64,000 bases of DNA from Eledone cirrhosa (taxonomy: Eukaryota), in contig OZ024743.1 in NCBI GenBank assembly GCA_964016885.1, forward strand, positions 38,626,001-38,690,000, read 5' to 3'. The position numbers were made by a program, and so were the translations under genes. This document shows positions 14,013 to 27,647 of this stretch, piece by piece. The notes under the pieces were generated by a model. That model had not been told where the DNA came from and made no database searches. It was given only the letters and a program-made list of their open reading frames with translations. Every line of letters begins with the position of its first letter. Position 1 is the first letter of the stretch.

Positions 14013-14254
14013 ATTAGCATGTTGGTGGAGTACAGATGATTCTTTATTATCTTGAAGGTCTCGCCAGTGTTCATTTATCCGTTCCCCTATACTAAATTCC
14101 CCTATACTAAATTCCCTATACTAAATTCCCTATACTAAATCTTAGCATGTTGGTGGGGTACAGATGATTCTTTATTATCTTGAAGGTCTAACCAGTGTTC
14201 ATTTATCCGTTCCCCTATACTAAATTCCCCTATACTAAATTCCCCTATGCTAAA
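14013..14254 (+). repeat. 2 x ~128-bp direct repeat containing a 15-bp subrepeat (tcccctatactaaat)
   Basis: ttagcatgttggtgg at 14014 and 14142; 15-mer reiterated in each unit. Confidence 0.9.
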
Positions 14255-14268
14255 CAAATTCAGAAACG

Positions 14269-14336
<68 letters not shown>

Positions 14337-14362
14337 AACAAGGGGAGAAGAATACTGCATGG

Positions 14363-14400
<38 letters not shown>

Positions 14401-14405
<5 letters not shown>

Positions 14406-15000
14406 GACAGGGGGGAAGAAAAAAATGGCTTCACTTGTGCTTTAAAAAATTTATTTTCTTCACAAAATCCAAAAATAATTTTTTTCCGGATTAGAAAATT
14501 TTTTTTTTTTTTTTTTTTTAAATGTTATAATTTGAGTCGTTGGTTGTTGGTTAGGTCTTAGGAGTTCTTGGTTAACGTAGGAGGTATTGTTTCGTTTCTA
14601 AAAAGACCTTTCACGCTGAGGTGCGCTTGTCAAACTGATGTGTATGTATGTGGTGTGTTGTTATATATATAGGGATTTAACATGTTTGTGGTGCGGTGGC
14701 GGTATTTTTCTCCCCCTTTAATAAGTGTAGGGGTGTAGGTGTGTTGAAAAAAATATTAATAGCAGTAATGAGTTGAGACAGTGAGTAGGGTTGGGTGGGG
14801 AATGTAGCAAGCGCGGCCTGCCCCGGTCATTCTCGAAAAATTCCTTTATTCAGGGGAAAAAGCTGTTAGTATTGCTTTGTATCGAGGCGAAAAAAAAAAA
14901 AATTTCTCATCCGGAAAAAAATTATTTTTGGATTTTGAGAAGAAAATAAATTTGTTGAAAGCACAAGTGAAGCCATTTTTTTCTTCCCCCCTGTCTTAAT
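14401..15000. mobile_element. ~600-bp element with ~105-bp terminal inverted repeats (MITE or PLE fold-back)
   Basis: attaagacagggggaagaaaaaaatggcttcacttgtgctt.. / ..aagcacaagtgaagccattttttcttccccctgtcttaat; TA flanks. Confidence 0.75.
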
Positions 15001-15059
15001 ATACCTAACTGTACCAATGATTACACACATTTTGCAATATATATATATATATATATATA

Positions 15060-15247
15060 AACCACAACGCTCCATCTGAATTCTTCTTTTGAAAAACAAA
15101 AGAACTGCGAAACCGGTAAAAGAACCAAACAATATATATTAAAAAAATTCCAGTTGCATTTTCGATTTCAGCATTTTTCTTTATACTTTCATTCGCGTAG
15201 GAGACCTCGTTTTTTTTCATTTTGTAAAAGAACCTCACTTTCTAATA
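15060..15247 (+). mobile_element. Diverged single arm of the U3-A8 hammerhead family
   Basis: ttttgaaaa..gaactgcgaaaccggtaaa..cagttgcattttcgatttca..cctcactttctaat matches the 48.8 and 59.1 kb elements. Confidence 0.85.
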
Positions 15248-15367
15248 TATATTTATACAGTGTATATATATATATATATATATACGTTATTCCGGGTTTA
15301 ATCGGAGGTAACCACAGTAAGTAAGGTACTCAATAAATAGTAGAGTATAAAAGTTTTAATATAGATG

Positions 15368-15418
15368 AGATTCTACAGGACTAGAACTGTTTCATTCATT
15401 AGAAATCATCAGGAATCT
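15368..15418 (-). ncRNA. Type I hammerhead ribozyme
   Basis: Reverse complement: agattc CTGATGA t ttc taat gaa t GAAA cag ttctagtc ctg TA gaatct. Confidence 0.8.
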
Positions 15419-16208
15419 GGGTATCAAAAAATAAAAATGGTATTTATAGGTCTCTACAAGTGGTAGGAGAGGGTGGGGAGTGGGATGGGTGTAGGTCATT
15501 GGTTGATAGAAAAGGGAATTCATTAAAAGCTAATTCTACAAAGCTATAGTTTATTTTTATTTATTTATGTTTTTAGAGTAACAAAGGCAGACAGAACTCT
15601 ATAAACAGGTTCTGGATGGCATACCATTCCTTGTCATTAAGTTTCTCTTAAGCTAACAGATGTCTATAAGATCAGTGGGGAGTCAGTCATGGTCGATAGA
15701 ATTAAAGTAAAGGGAGATTCTTTAAAAGCTAAAATCATTAAGGTTCTACTAAGTGACAAAGGTTTAGAGAATTCTGTAGACAGATTCAAAATACTGAGTG
15801 CATATCTTACAATTATCTTCGAACTTCTCTTAAACTAATCAACTATATGCCAGAAATCAACAGGCACATTCACAAAAAAACATACTCACTCATACACTCA
15901 CGCACAACCATAAACACACATACACATACAGATATACACACATAAAAACACACACACATATATATAAATATATTTATATACATACATATACATACACACC
16001 TACATATATATATATATATATACACATATACATACACACGCATACATATACATACACACACACATATATATATACACACACACACACATATATACACATA
16101 TAAATACACTCACACACATACACATATACATACAAATACATACACACATATATATATATATATATAAAACACACACACATATATACATATACACACACAA
16201 ACACACAG

Positions 16209-16275
<67 letters not shown>

Positions 16276-16324
16276 TATAATATATACACACGCACACACA
16301 TACACATATATAAGAAAAAAGCAC

Positions 16325-16424
<100 letters not shown>

Positions 16425-16479
16425 TACAACATTCATACATATATTCATATATATATACATACACACATATACATATATA

Positions 16480-16551
<72 letters not shown>

Positions 16552-16554
16552 CAT

Positions 16555-16613
<59 letters not shown>

Positions 16614-16652
16614 TATACACATACATATACACACATATATATACACATACAT

Positions 16653-16706
<54 letters not shown>

Positions 16707-16762
16707 GCATATATATACACATATACACACACACATACACATACATATATACACAAATACAT

Positions 16763-16853
<91 letters not shown>

Positions 16854-16984
16854 AATATATATATATATAAAAAAATACACACACACATACATACATATAC
16901 ACACGCATATATATATATATATATATACATACAAACATACATACAAACATACATATACACATATATATATACATATATATATAT

Positions 16985-17027
<43 letters not shown>

Positions 17028-17133
17028 TATACATATATATATATATATATATACACATATATACACACACACATATATACACATATATATATATATACAC
17101 ACACACACATACACATGCAAATGTATAAATATC

Positions 17134-17178
<45 letters not shown>

Positions 17179-17257
17179 ATACATATACAAATATACACAT
17201 ACATATACAGACATATACATAAATATACACATATATACAGACATATAACGCATATAT

Positions 17258-17305
<48 letters not shown>

Positions 17306-17401
17306 GCATACACACATACACACACACACACACACAAATATATATACACACTCTCTCTCACGCACATATATATATATATATACACATATATATATACACA
17401 T

Positions 17402-17454
<53 letters not shown>

Positions 17455-17574
17455 TATACACACCCGCCCACACACATATATATATATATATACACACATG
17501 TGTGTGTGTGTATATGTGTGTATGTATTTGTGTATATATGTATGTATGTGTGTGTGTATATGTGTATATATATA

Positions 17575-17609
<35 letters not shown>

Positions 17610-17651
17610 GTGTGTATGTATATATATATGAATATATGTATGAATGGTGTA

Positions 17652-17725
<74 letters not shown>

Positions 17726-17774
17726 GTGCTTTTTCCTTTTATATATGTATGTGTGTGTGTGTGTATATATTATA

Positions 17775-17843
<69 letters not shown>

Positions 17844-17980
17844 TTGTGTGTTTGTGTGTGTATATGTATATATGTGTGTGTATGTGTTTTATATATATAT
17901 ATATATATGTGTGTATGTAGTTGTATGTATATGTGTATGTGTGTATATATATATATATATGTATATATATGTATATATTT

Positions 17981-18065
<85 letters not shown>

Positions 18066-18277
18066 ATGTGTATGTATATATCTGTATATGTATGTATATG
18101 TATCTATGTGTATTTGTGTGTATATGTATACACATGTATATTTGTGTTTGTATGTATGTGTGTGAGTGTATTTATATGTGTATATATATGTGTGTGTGTG
18201 TGTGTGTATATATATATGTGTGTGTGTGTGTATGTATATGTATGCGTGTGTATGTATATATATATATATATATATAT

Positions 18278-18552
18278 TCTTCTTCTAAGGCGGGTAAAAT
18301 TCCCGAGATCCATGGACGAGTTCTCTCCAGCGGTCTCTGTCCCTCATTATCGCTGCCATATCCTGCATCTCCAACAGACCAGTGTCTGTCCTTAGGGCAT
18401 CAACATATGTTAACCTTGGTCTTCCTCTTCTAGTGTGTCCATGTAGGGGCTCCCAAAGGAGCACTGAGTGCAATGTCAACTCTGGATGTCGGTTAGCATG
18501 TCCAGCCAATCTCAGTCTCCTCTGTGTCACTTTTGAGCTGACTTTTGGGATA
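18278..18552 (-). mobile_element. RTE-clade LINE 3' fragment
   Basis: [49 protein letters not shown]-terminal motif; short gaa tail. Confidence 0.85.
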
Positions 18553-19143
18553 TATATGTAGGTGTGTATGTATATGTATGTATATAAATATATTTATATA
18601 TGTGTGTGTGTGTTTTTATGTGTGTATATGTGTATGTGTATGTGTGTTTATGGTTGTGCGTGAGTGTATGAGTGAGTATGTTTTTTTGTGAATGTGTCTG
18701 TTGATTTCTGGCATATAGTTGATTAGTTTAAGAGAAGTTCGAAGATAATTGTAAGATATGCACTCAGTATTTTGAATCTGTCTACAGAATTCTCTAAACC
18801 TTTGTCACTTAGTAGAACCTTAATGATTTTAGCTTTTAAAGAATCTCCCTTTTCTTTAATTCTATCGACCATGACTGACCCCCCACTGATCTTATAGACA
18901 TCTGTTAGCTTAAGAGAAACTTAATGACAAGGAATGGTATGCCATCCAGAACCTGTTTATAGAATTCTGTCTGCCTTTGTTACTCTAAAAACATAAATAA
19001 ATAAAAAATAAACTATAGCTTTGTAGAATTAGCTTTTAATGAATTCCCTTTTCTATCAACCAATGACCTACACCCATCCCACTCCCCACCCTCTCCTACC
19101 ACTTGTAGAGACCTATAAATACCATTTTTATTTTTTGATACCC

Positions 19144-19194
19144 AGATTCCTGATGATTTCTAATGAATGAAGCAGTTCTAGTCCTGTAGAATCT
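19144..19194 (+). ncRNA. Hammerhead copy in the other fold-back arm (GAAA>GAAG, probably impaired)
   Basis: agattc CTGATGA tttctaatgaat GAAG cagttctagtcctg TA gaatct. Confidence 0.7.
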
Positions 19195-19206
19195 CATCTA
19201 TATTAA

Positions 19207-19242
<36 letters not shown>

Positions 19243-19244
19243 TG

Positions 19245-19974
19245 AATCATGTCTTTAGAATTATTAGATAAGATATATACCATTTCCTCTCCCAATTAGC
19301 ATAATTAACCATATAAAAAAATCAATTAGACCACGCTATAAGAATAAAGGCTCCTATGAAGAAATGTCCGACAAATAACCGAAAGCGGCCTCTTCTCGGT
19401 GGCCCCGATAGAGTATCTATCCAACATTTCAACAGCATGTAGAAAGTGACTTAATATAGCGTCAACCATACACAATTAGGTGTAAATTAAAACTTAGAAG
19501 AAATGTGTACATACCGTAATTATATCTCTACCATGGTTTCGTCCGTATTTTTAGACATCCTATAACAGGATACGTCCAGAGTTTCCGACTCATCATGAGT
19601 GCACTCAAAATTAGACATTTAATTTTCCAAAGTGATCGCGCCAAAAATAGATTCAAAAACGGCTAAGAATCGTGACGTAGCAGTGGTCAAGTTATAAAGA
19701 ATGTGATTTGTTGCTTACGGCGGGTAGGCTTGTTGCTAGACAGCGCAGTCCATTATTGCCCAATTGTATCTCAACCTAACGGGAGATTATTAAATATAAA
19801 GATATACATATACATAAACATAAAGTCATAGATATATATGTGTTTTGCAACCGGTCACGTTGTGGCTCAATGAAGAATTAATAAATTAAATAATCAGAGC
19901 AATATACAATAAATCATGTCTTTAAAATTATTAGATAAAATATATACCATTTCCTCTCCCAATTAGCATAATTA
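19245..19974 (+). mobile_element. Element with ~65-bp direct terminal repeats between (TA)n tracts (pseudo-LTR-like)
   Basis: aatcatgtcttta.aattattagataa.atatataccatttcctctcccaattagcataatta at ~19245 and ~19912. Confidence 0.6.
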
Positions 19975-20992
19975 TATATATATATATATATAGGTTGATT
20001 ACGAAGTAAATGGTATAGCTAATTAACTACTAACAAAAGTATTTGTTCCCCAGTTATCGTGTGGAAACATTTCGATATTTAAACATGGATATAATATATT
20101 TAAACTATTTATGCTATAGAATTTTAAATGGTATTCAACGATAGATTCTTTATATGACTGGCAAATGACATTGGTTATATTTTGTTTTAATAACATCAGA
20201 TTTATTCACCATTAACTTGTATCAGGAGACACGTCATAGTTCAGCTTATTCATATCATTCACAAAACCGCAAAGAGATTTAACCTTCACTAATTGAAGAA
20301 TAGCAACCTGCTCTCCAGCTCATTAACAATCTAGATTGCTATTACATTAATCATCAGGTTCGAAACTATCACAAAATGTGGCATTTCTTACAAAACGTAT
20401 CTGAGTTAAACTGGAAATTGGCAGTAAACTGAACAATAGATATTTATAATTCAATTACACTAAGCAAATCTTATATCTAAAGAGAAGGATTTAGCCTTGC
20501 ATTCTGTAAGAAAAGACATTACATTGACCAGCATACAAAGAACCTACGGACCATTCTAGTCATAAAGAACTTTTACAGAAAGCTATTATTTCAAAACGGA
20601 ATTGCCAATTATATACAAAATAGGTTGTCCATGGTTATGGGGAAATGTAGAAATATATTTCAATGGTCAATGAATATATTCACTGCAAGCTTAGATACTT
20701 CAGAATGTCTGCATCAAAATTACATTTTAAATCTTAAATACTACGATTTTCTTTGATAACAAAAAAATTCCAGCTTTTTCCGTAACGCTAAAAACAGAAT
20801 ATAAAGGGTATTTTAGTAATGTATGTATTAGTGTCTCATAATAAATTTAAAAGTTCAATTCTCTCCATTTATCTCAAATATTCTTAGAAACTACAATTAT
20901 TGGTAGCGTAAAATATATTGCATGATATATTAAAATAGTAACTTCTGTACGAACCACTTCAATTTGTATTGAGAAGGCTTATGTCATTGTTT

Positions 20993-21114
20993 TCTTCTTC
21001 TTCTTCTTCTTCTTCTTCTTCTTCTTCTTCTTCTTCTTCTTCTTCTTCATCTTCTTCTTCTTCTTCTTCTTCTTCTTCTTCTTCTTCTTCTTCTTCTTCT
21101 TCTTCTTCTTCTTC
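20993..21114. repeat. (TTC)n microsatellite
   Basis: Directly visible. Confidence 0.97.
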
Positions 21115-21338
21115 TCTGTGGTCTGAGCCCAGTTGTGGTTTGCCTGATAGTGATCAGATACTAGTCATCTCTCTCAAGTGCGCAACGTGAGGAGGTAGAC
21201 AAACATAGGTCCCGCGATTATGTCAAACGAAAGATAACATTATTTCCATTTTCGATTCTACTATTTATGCACACGTGCATGCATAAATACATGCATACAT
21301 ACATATGTACATACATAAATACATAAATACACACACAT

Positions 21339-21399
<61 letters not shown>

Positions 21400-21485
21400 A
21401 AATATCGCTACCATATACTGTACCGATTGTGTTGTTATCTCTGTTTACCTTTGAAAATTGTAAACTTGACTGTCACCACATAATA

Positions 21486-21524
21486 TGAACCTGAAGATTG
21501 CGAAAGCATGAGAGTACTTGTTCA
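21486..21524 (+). ncRNA. Degenerate minimal hammerhead (GAAA>GAGA)
   Basis: tgaac CTGAAGA t tgc gaaa gca t GAGA gtac TT gttca; palindromic stem III. Confidence 0.6.
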
Positions 21525-21651
21525 ATTAAAACTTAACATTTAATATTCTACCATACTATTTCATTCTAATACCATTATAATTTTAAAGGATTGTAAATAG
21601 AACAAGTTGGAATTCCTTATATTAATATAATCTTCTATACACACCCGTGTA

Positions 21652-21699
<48 letters not shown>

Positions 21700-21774
21700 C
21701 GTATACTTCATACCTACCTCATGCATATATCCATACATGCATAGATACAAAGGTACATACATACACATTGTGCT

Positions 21775-22490
21775 GCCCCCTCGTATATCGAGTATGGCCA
21801 TTGCACGATATAACAGTATTAATAATTATCAATTAATGCTATCGTACAAAGCCTGTGCGTGAAGATGTTTTTGGAAGTGAGGAGAAACTCTTCACTGAGC
21901 GACAGTAGCTATAACCCGAAAAGAAGAGAAATTCAACATCATCGGTAACTATTAAACCGCAGCTTTTATGTCAAAGTTATCCTAGTTTCCTGACTTGCTT
22001 TCTCCTAGAAGAATGTCTTGACAAAAGCTAGGCGTACTTCCCTCCCACTGGTTTAACAGCGCCATCTGGTATCCAGAACGATTATTTCTATGTCCCCGCG
22101 CACATACATACACATGCATATATGTATATACATACATAATGGATGGCCCCTCGTTATCAAGTATGGTCATTGCACGATATACCATTATTAATAATTATTA
22201 ATTAATTCTATCGCGCAATGCCTGTGCGTGAAGATATTTTTTATAGTGAGGAAAGACTGTGCACTGAGCCAATCCCACTCTCTGAGCGACAGTAGCTATA
22301 ACCCGAAAAGAAGAAAATATCAACATCATCGGTAACTAATTAGCCGCAGGTTTTATATCGGAGTTATCCCAGTTTCCTAAGTTGCCTTCTCCTAGAGGAA
22401 TGCCCTGACAAATGCTAGGGCTCCTTCACTCCCAGTGGTTTAACCGCGCGATCGGGTGTCCATCCCGACTATTTCTCTGTTCCCACGCAT
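21775..22490 (+). repeat. 2 diverged ~370-bp direct repeats
   Basis: gcccctcgt..agtatgg.cattgcacgatata..gcctgtgcgtgaagat..ctgagcgacagtagctataacccgaaaagaaga at ~21775 and ~22146. Confidence 0.85.
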
Positions 22491-22622
22491 ATACATGCAC
22501 ATGCACCCATGTATATATACATACATATGTACATGTGTATATACATATTTACACACTTTTAGATGGCCGATGACTCTTATGAGTTCTTCCGACCTTTGTC
22601 AGGTATGTACATACATACGTAT

Positions 22623-22787
<165 letters not shown>

Positions 22788-22929
22788 TGACATACCATAT
22801 TTAACTTGGTATCCTTGAAATATGTATAATTAAATAAATATGACAATTAAGTTAATTTCGTTTCGTTATTTGTTTAAATAAATATGGTTTTATAAATATA
22901 GTTTCCATTTGTTAATATCGTATATATAT

Positions 22930-23106
22930 ATTAGAAAGTGAGTTTTTTTTTACAAAATGAAAAATAACCGAGGTGTCCTACACGAGTGAAAGTATAAAGA
23001 AAAAAAGATGAAATCGAAAATGCAACTGGAGTCTTATTTAAAAAAAATATATATATATTTATTTGGTTCCTTTACCGGTTTCGCAGTTCTTCTGCTTTTC
23101 AAAAGT
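22930..23106 (-). mobile_element. Single arm of the U3-A8 hammerhead family (HHR 23069-23105)
   Basis: attagaaagtgag..ggttcctttaccggtttcgcagttcttctgcttttcaaaag, matching the 59.1 kb arm. Confidence 0.9.
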
Positions 23107-23759
23107 AGACTTGAGATATATATACATGCATACATGTATATACATGTATATACAGATTAGAAAGCGTATGCTTACATTTAGTAATGTACAGTTTTGAATA
23201 CCACCCACTATTACTGACTGGAACGTTTTATATATATGTGACATTCGTACAAAATAAACGGCTAAGTTGAATGGCAAATTGAAAGTAAACTGAACAATGC
23301 ATATTTAAAATTCAATTACATTAACGAATTCCTATATATAAAGAGGGAGAGTTAGGCCTGCGTTTCAAAAGAAAGGTTATTGTAGGATCTTATAGACCCA
23401 ACATATAATGATTTCACGAACAATTCTCCATATAAAAGACGTTTACGTTAGGCTATAATTTCAGCAGAATTGTCAATTACATATCGAGTGGCGAATTTAT
23501 AATTCTAGGCAATAATAACATATATTTAAACGCCTGCAAAACATCTCCTGAATGGAAATTTTTCCTTTGAGATACGCTTTGCTAACATGCTATGGTTGTA
23601 CAATTTGATCGGCAAATTAACCACTATGGAATTACAGAAGGCTTATATCTAACATCTTAGCGCGAGAACATTCAGACACACACCGATACAGACATACAGA
23701 CACACACAGACACATACAGACAGACACACACACACATACACACACGCGCTCATACACAA

Positions 23760-23837
<78 letters not shown>

Positions 23838-24089
23838 AAATGTTCGCTCTACATGGCTGAATAAAATAAATGTAATCTGAGTTTTTCGAATATTAATAAT
23901 AACATTGGATTCGTTTGCAATTATACAAACAAGCCTCAATGTTATAGCCATGTCAGTAGAATGAACCCTTCATTATTGCTCTTGTGTTGGCATGTGAACA
24001 AGAATGAAGGGTTCATTCTACTGACATGACTATAAAATTGAGGCTGTTTTGCATAATTGAAAACGAATAGAATGTTATTATTAATATTT

Positions 24090-24194
24090 CAAATCCCGCC
24101 GAGGTTAACTTTACCTATACGGGGTCGATAAAATAAAGTACCACTAATGCACTGAGTAATTGCTGGCCTTGTGCCAAAAGTAGAAACAATTATT
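24090..24194 (+). mobile_element. 5'-truncated SINE with 13-bp TSD
   Basis: SINE core and tail; attattaatattt at 24077-24089 and 24189-24201. Confidence 0.85.
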
Positions 24195-24276
24195 AATATT
24201 TGAGAAACTCAGATTACATTTATTGTGTATTTTTGAAAATAACATATATTTTCACTAGCTCTGAAAGTGTGGCTGG

Positions 24277-24340
24277 TGAACAGTGAGCTGTACTGATGAA
24301 GGGTGATACCCAGAAACATTAGTGTCTGCAGTTCTGTTCA
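24277..24340 (+). ncRNA. Type I hammerhead ribozyme
   Basis: tgaacag t gagctgta CTGATGA a gggt gat accc a GAAA ca ttag tg TC tgcagttc tgttca. Confidence 0.88.
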
Positions 24341-24696
24341 GATGCCGACACAAGAGAAAGAATGACGGGTTCATTCTACTGACATGGCTATAACATTGAG
24401 GCTTGTTTGCATAATTGCAAACGAATGCAATGTTATTATAAATATTCGAATAACTCAGATTACATTTATATATATATGCTTGTCTGTGTGCTAGACCTTA
24501 CTATGAGAGAGCTTCACGGGGTCAGGTTAATTTGGCTACCAAGTAAGATGAAAGCAGACACATTGACCATTAATTAATTGATATCACTTAAACTTACAAC
24601 TTATGATGCTGTCAATTATATCTACAACACTTTTGAAACTGTAAATAATCGTGATGATCAGCTCTTCCCACCTCTAAACACAACTGATATATTCAG

Positions 24697-24727
24697 AGAA
24701 GAGAGAGAAATAAGAGAGAGAGAGAGG

Positions 24728-24799
<72 letters not shown>
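24697..24799. repeat. (GA)n microsatellite
   Basis: Directly visible. Confidence 0.95.
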
Positions 24800-24802
<3 letters not shown>

Positions 24803-26409
24803 TAGGGGGTTCAATCCTGGCCCTGAAGTGGAAGTGATACATTTTGATCGAGCCAGGTTTGATGAAGGGCATGGTTTACCTAGTAGAACACCGACAGTCG
24901 GGCACAAAACCACAAGTCATTATATCCAAAATTCTTATAACTGCTATTTACCCGCGTATTCTTTATGACAAAGATAGTAAATATTGCTTTATTAATTATT
25001 GTATCTCAATGGTTGCTCAAATAGTAATCAATCAACTAATGCCACACTTAAATTTACAGTGGATTCAATATAATCGTATATATTGCGTATATATTCGTAT
25101 ATATTCGTATATATTCAATATAGGGCGTGCTGGTGTCCCACGATTTAAATCAATACAAATGCAATACAATATAATTAAAATTGCATTCAATGTGAGGTGA
25201 AACGACAAACAAAACTACCGCGAATAATGTGCTATATTACAAACATTAAGGCAGTTAATACTTCTTCCAATCGGATTATTTGTAATAGGCACAATTGGAA
25301 TTAAACAAACAAAATGTAAATTACCTGTGATGATAGATATAAGCAAGTTCCTGACCTGATAATTGGAATATTTCCATAAGTAAATTATGCGTCGTAGTTT
25401 TCATTCAAATGTCTTTAATAATTGGAAATATGTGTTGGCATTTCGTTTATTTCTTTTTCCTGTAAAAAGAGTTAACCTGGTAACCGTCAAATTATTAAAT
25501 AATGAAGATAATATGAATAGCATTAACTTTGTTTTTTTTATTTTTTCAATGTTGCTTATGTTTATGAAGTATTTTTCCTTTAGGCAGTTCAACTCTCATG
25601 TAATTGCTGTTTTGTTTTAACTTTATCACTTCCCTGGGCATACTTTGAAGATTACACCCACTATTTAAATTAGGTAATGCAGAATGTTGAGGGATTTACT
25701 GAATGTAGTAATTAATTCGTTACATACTAATTTAACGGATGCTTCTTATATAAAATTAAGTGCGAACATTTTACTTCAAGTTGAATGAGTGGTTTTAATT
25801 TTTAGAACCCAAACTAGTTTTGGTCGGGTTATCAACAGCAGTAAATGTTACAATTTTAAGATTTTCAAATTTAGCTGCTTGTAACTTCTATTGCATTGGT
25901 AATAATAGATCTAAACAGAGACATGTGGTAGTAGTTAACATGTTCTCTTCATAATAATGTTAGTACTGGTCGATGCCATTGCGTGGCCCTTTTTGCGAAA
26001 GTCTCGTTAATATAGATTCGGGTCGTCCCAAGCCTTGTGATTGATTTTAGGGGTGAAAGATACTCCATAAAATCGTGAACTTTGCCACATATTGAGTCAG
26101 CAGTGATCCGTTCTGGAACATGTATATGTCGAATACTCAACCACAACACGTTCTTAGATTTACTAATATATAATATACACGTAAATGTTACAGGTTATAC
26201 GTTCAAATAACTGAGAGTTCACCGTCGAAACTGACAATGGATCCATAAACAATAATATATAACTGTTTTTTTATATGTTTGCCCCACAGTATGTTTGATA
26301 TTTTTCTGATAAGTTTAAACTCTCTGTATTCAAAGATTATTTACGTTTTGAACTGAAATGAACTTCAATCTATTCAAAAGCGCATCTTACTCCTTAAAGT
26401 GCCAGTAAA

Positions 26410-26596
<187 letters not shown>

Positions 26597-26890
26597 TATA
26601 TAGATACGTATATATGAAAATAATTATTACAAGTGAAAATATATATTCCAGTGAAGGAATCTGTTCCGAAATCATTAGACGTGTTCGTCGAACCTGCAGA
26701 TCCAGAATCAGACAGATCCACACAATAATCGTGTCTTGAGTTGTCCGCCGCCGAAACAATTGTAACACACAATAAATTGAGTTCAGATGCATCACTTATT
26801 TTTCGTTTTATATTATATCATAATCTGCTCTGTAGGAGCATAGAGTGCTCAACCGTCATACCGCTTATGGAAGCACCTTAGCTAGCATCT

Positions 26891-26998
<108 letters not shown>

Positions 26999-27567
26999 CA
27001 ATTGAGTTCTTAACACGTTGGATTGATAATGTTTTCGAAAAAACTGATTAACCCGCGTGTATATTATTTATATTTTTTTCCCTCCTTTCGTGGATCGTAG
27101 TTGTCTCCCCTTCCCGCTTAGTGACGCTATAATACTTCCTCAGTCAAAAACTGCTGGAATTTCAAATTTGCCGGTCATTCGATGCGGGAAGGAGCAACTT
27201 AACAAGACACGATTTTTAACTGTGGTAAGAAATGTGTTTCTTATATCAAAGTTTAATGGGCTTCCACTGATGATTTATAAGGGCCCACCTAAATATATTC
27301 TTACATGAATGTATATTAGGCTTCTACATGAATTGGAAATATTCTCCGAATTTGTAGAAAACTTATAATGAAACAATTGTTTGGAAAGAAAGATATATTT
27401 TAACTTTAATTATATCTCATAAAATAATACAACTGGCTTTTCCATATAATACATATTGTTAGCACCCCAAACACTTAAATTGGGTTTATATTAAAATATA
27501 ACCTAATGTTTGTTGAGTGAGATGGTTACCAGTCAGAGATTAGCTTTAAACTATCTCTGTTATTGTA

Positions 27568-27647
<80 letters not shown>

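Larger units (their letters stand above)
23868..24470 (+). mobile_element. Non-autonomous PLE/retrozyme-like element: inverted arm + partial tandem (~246-bp native unit)
   Basis: 23868-23974 inverted relative to direct copies starting at 24003 and 24361; HHR inside; TA flanks. Confidence 0.8.

Noticed and set aside
25949-26149. 66-aa minus-strand ORF in unique sequence
   Set aside because: Short, no motif, compatible with chance.
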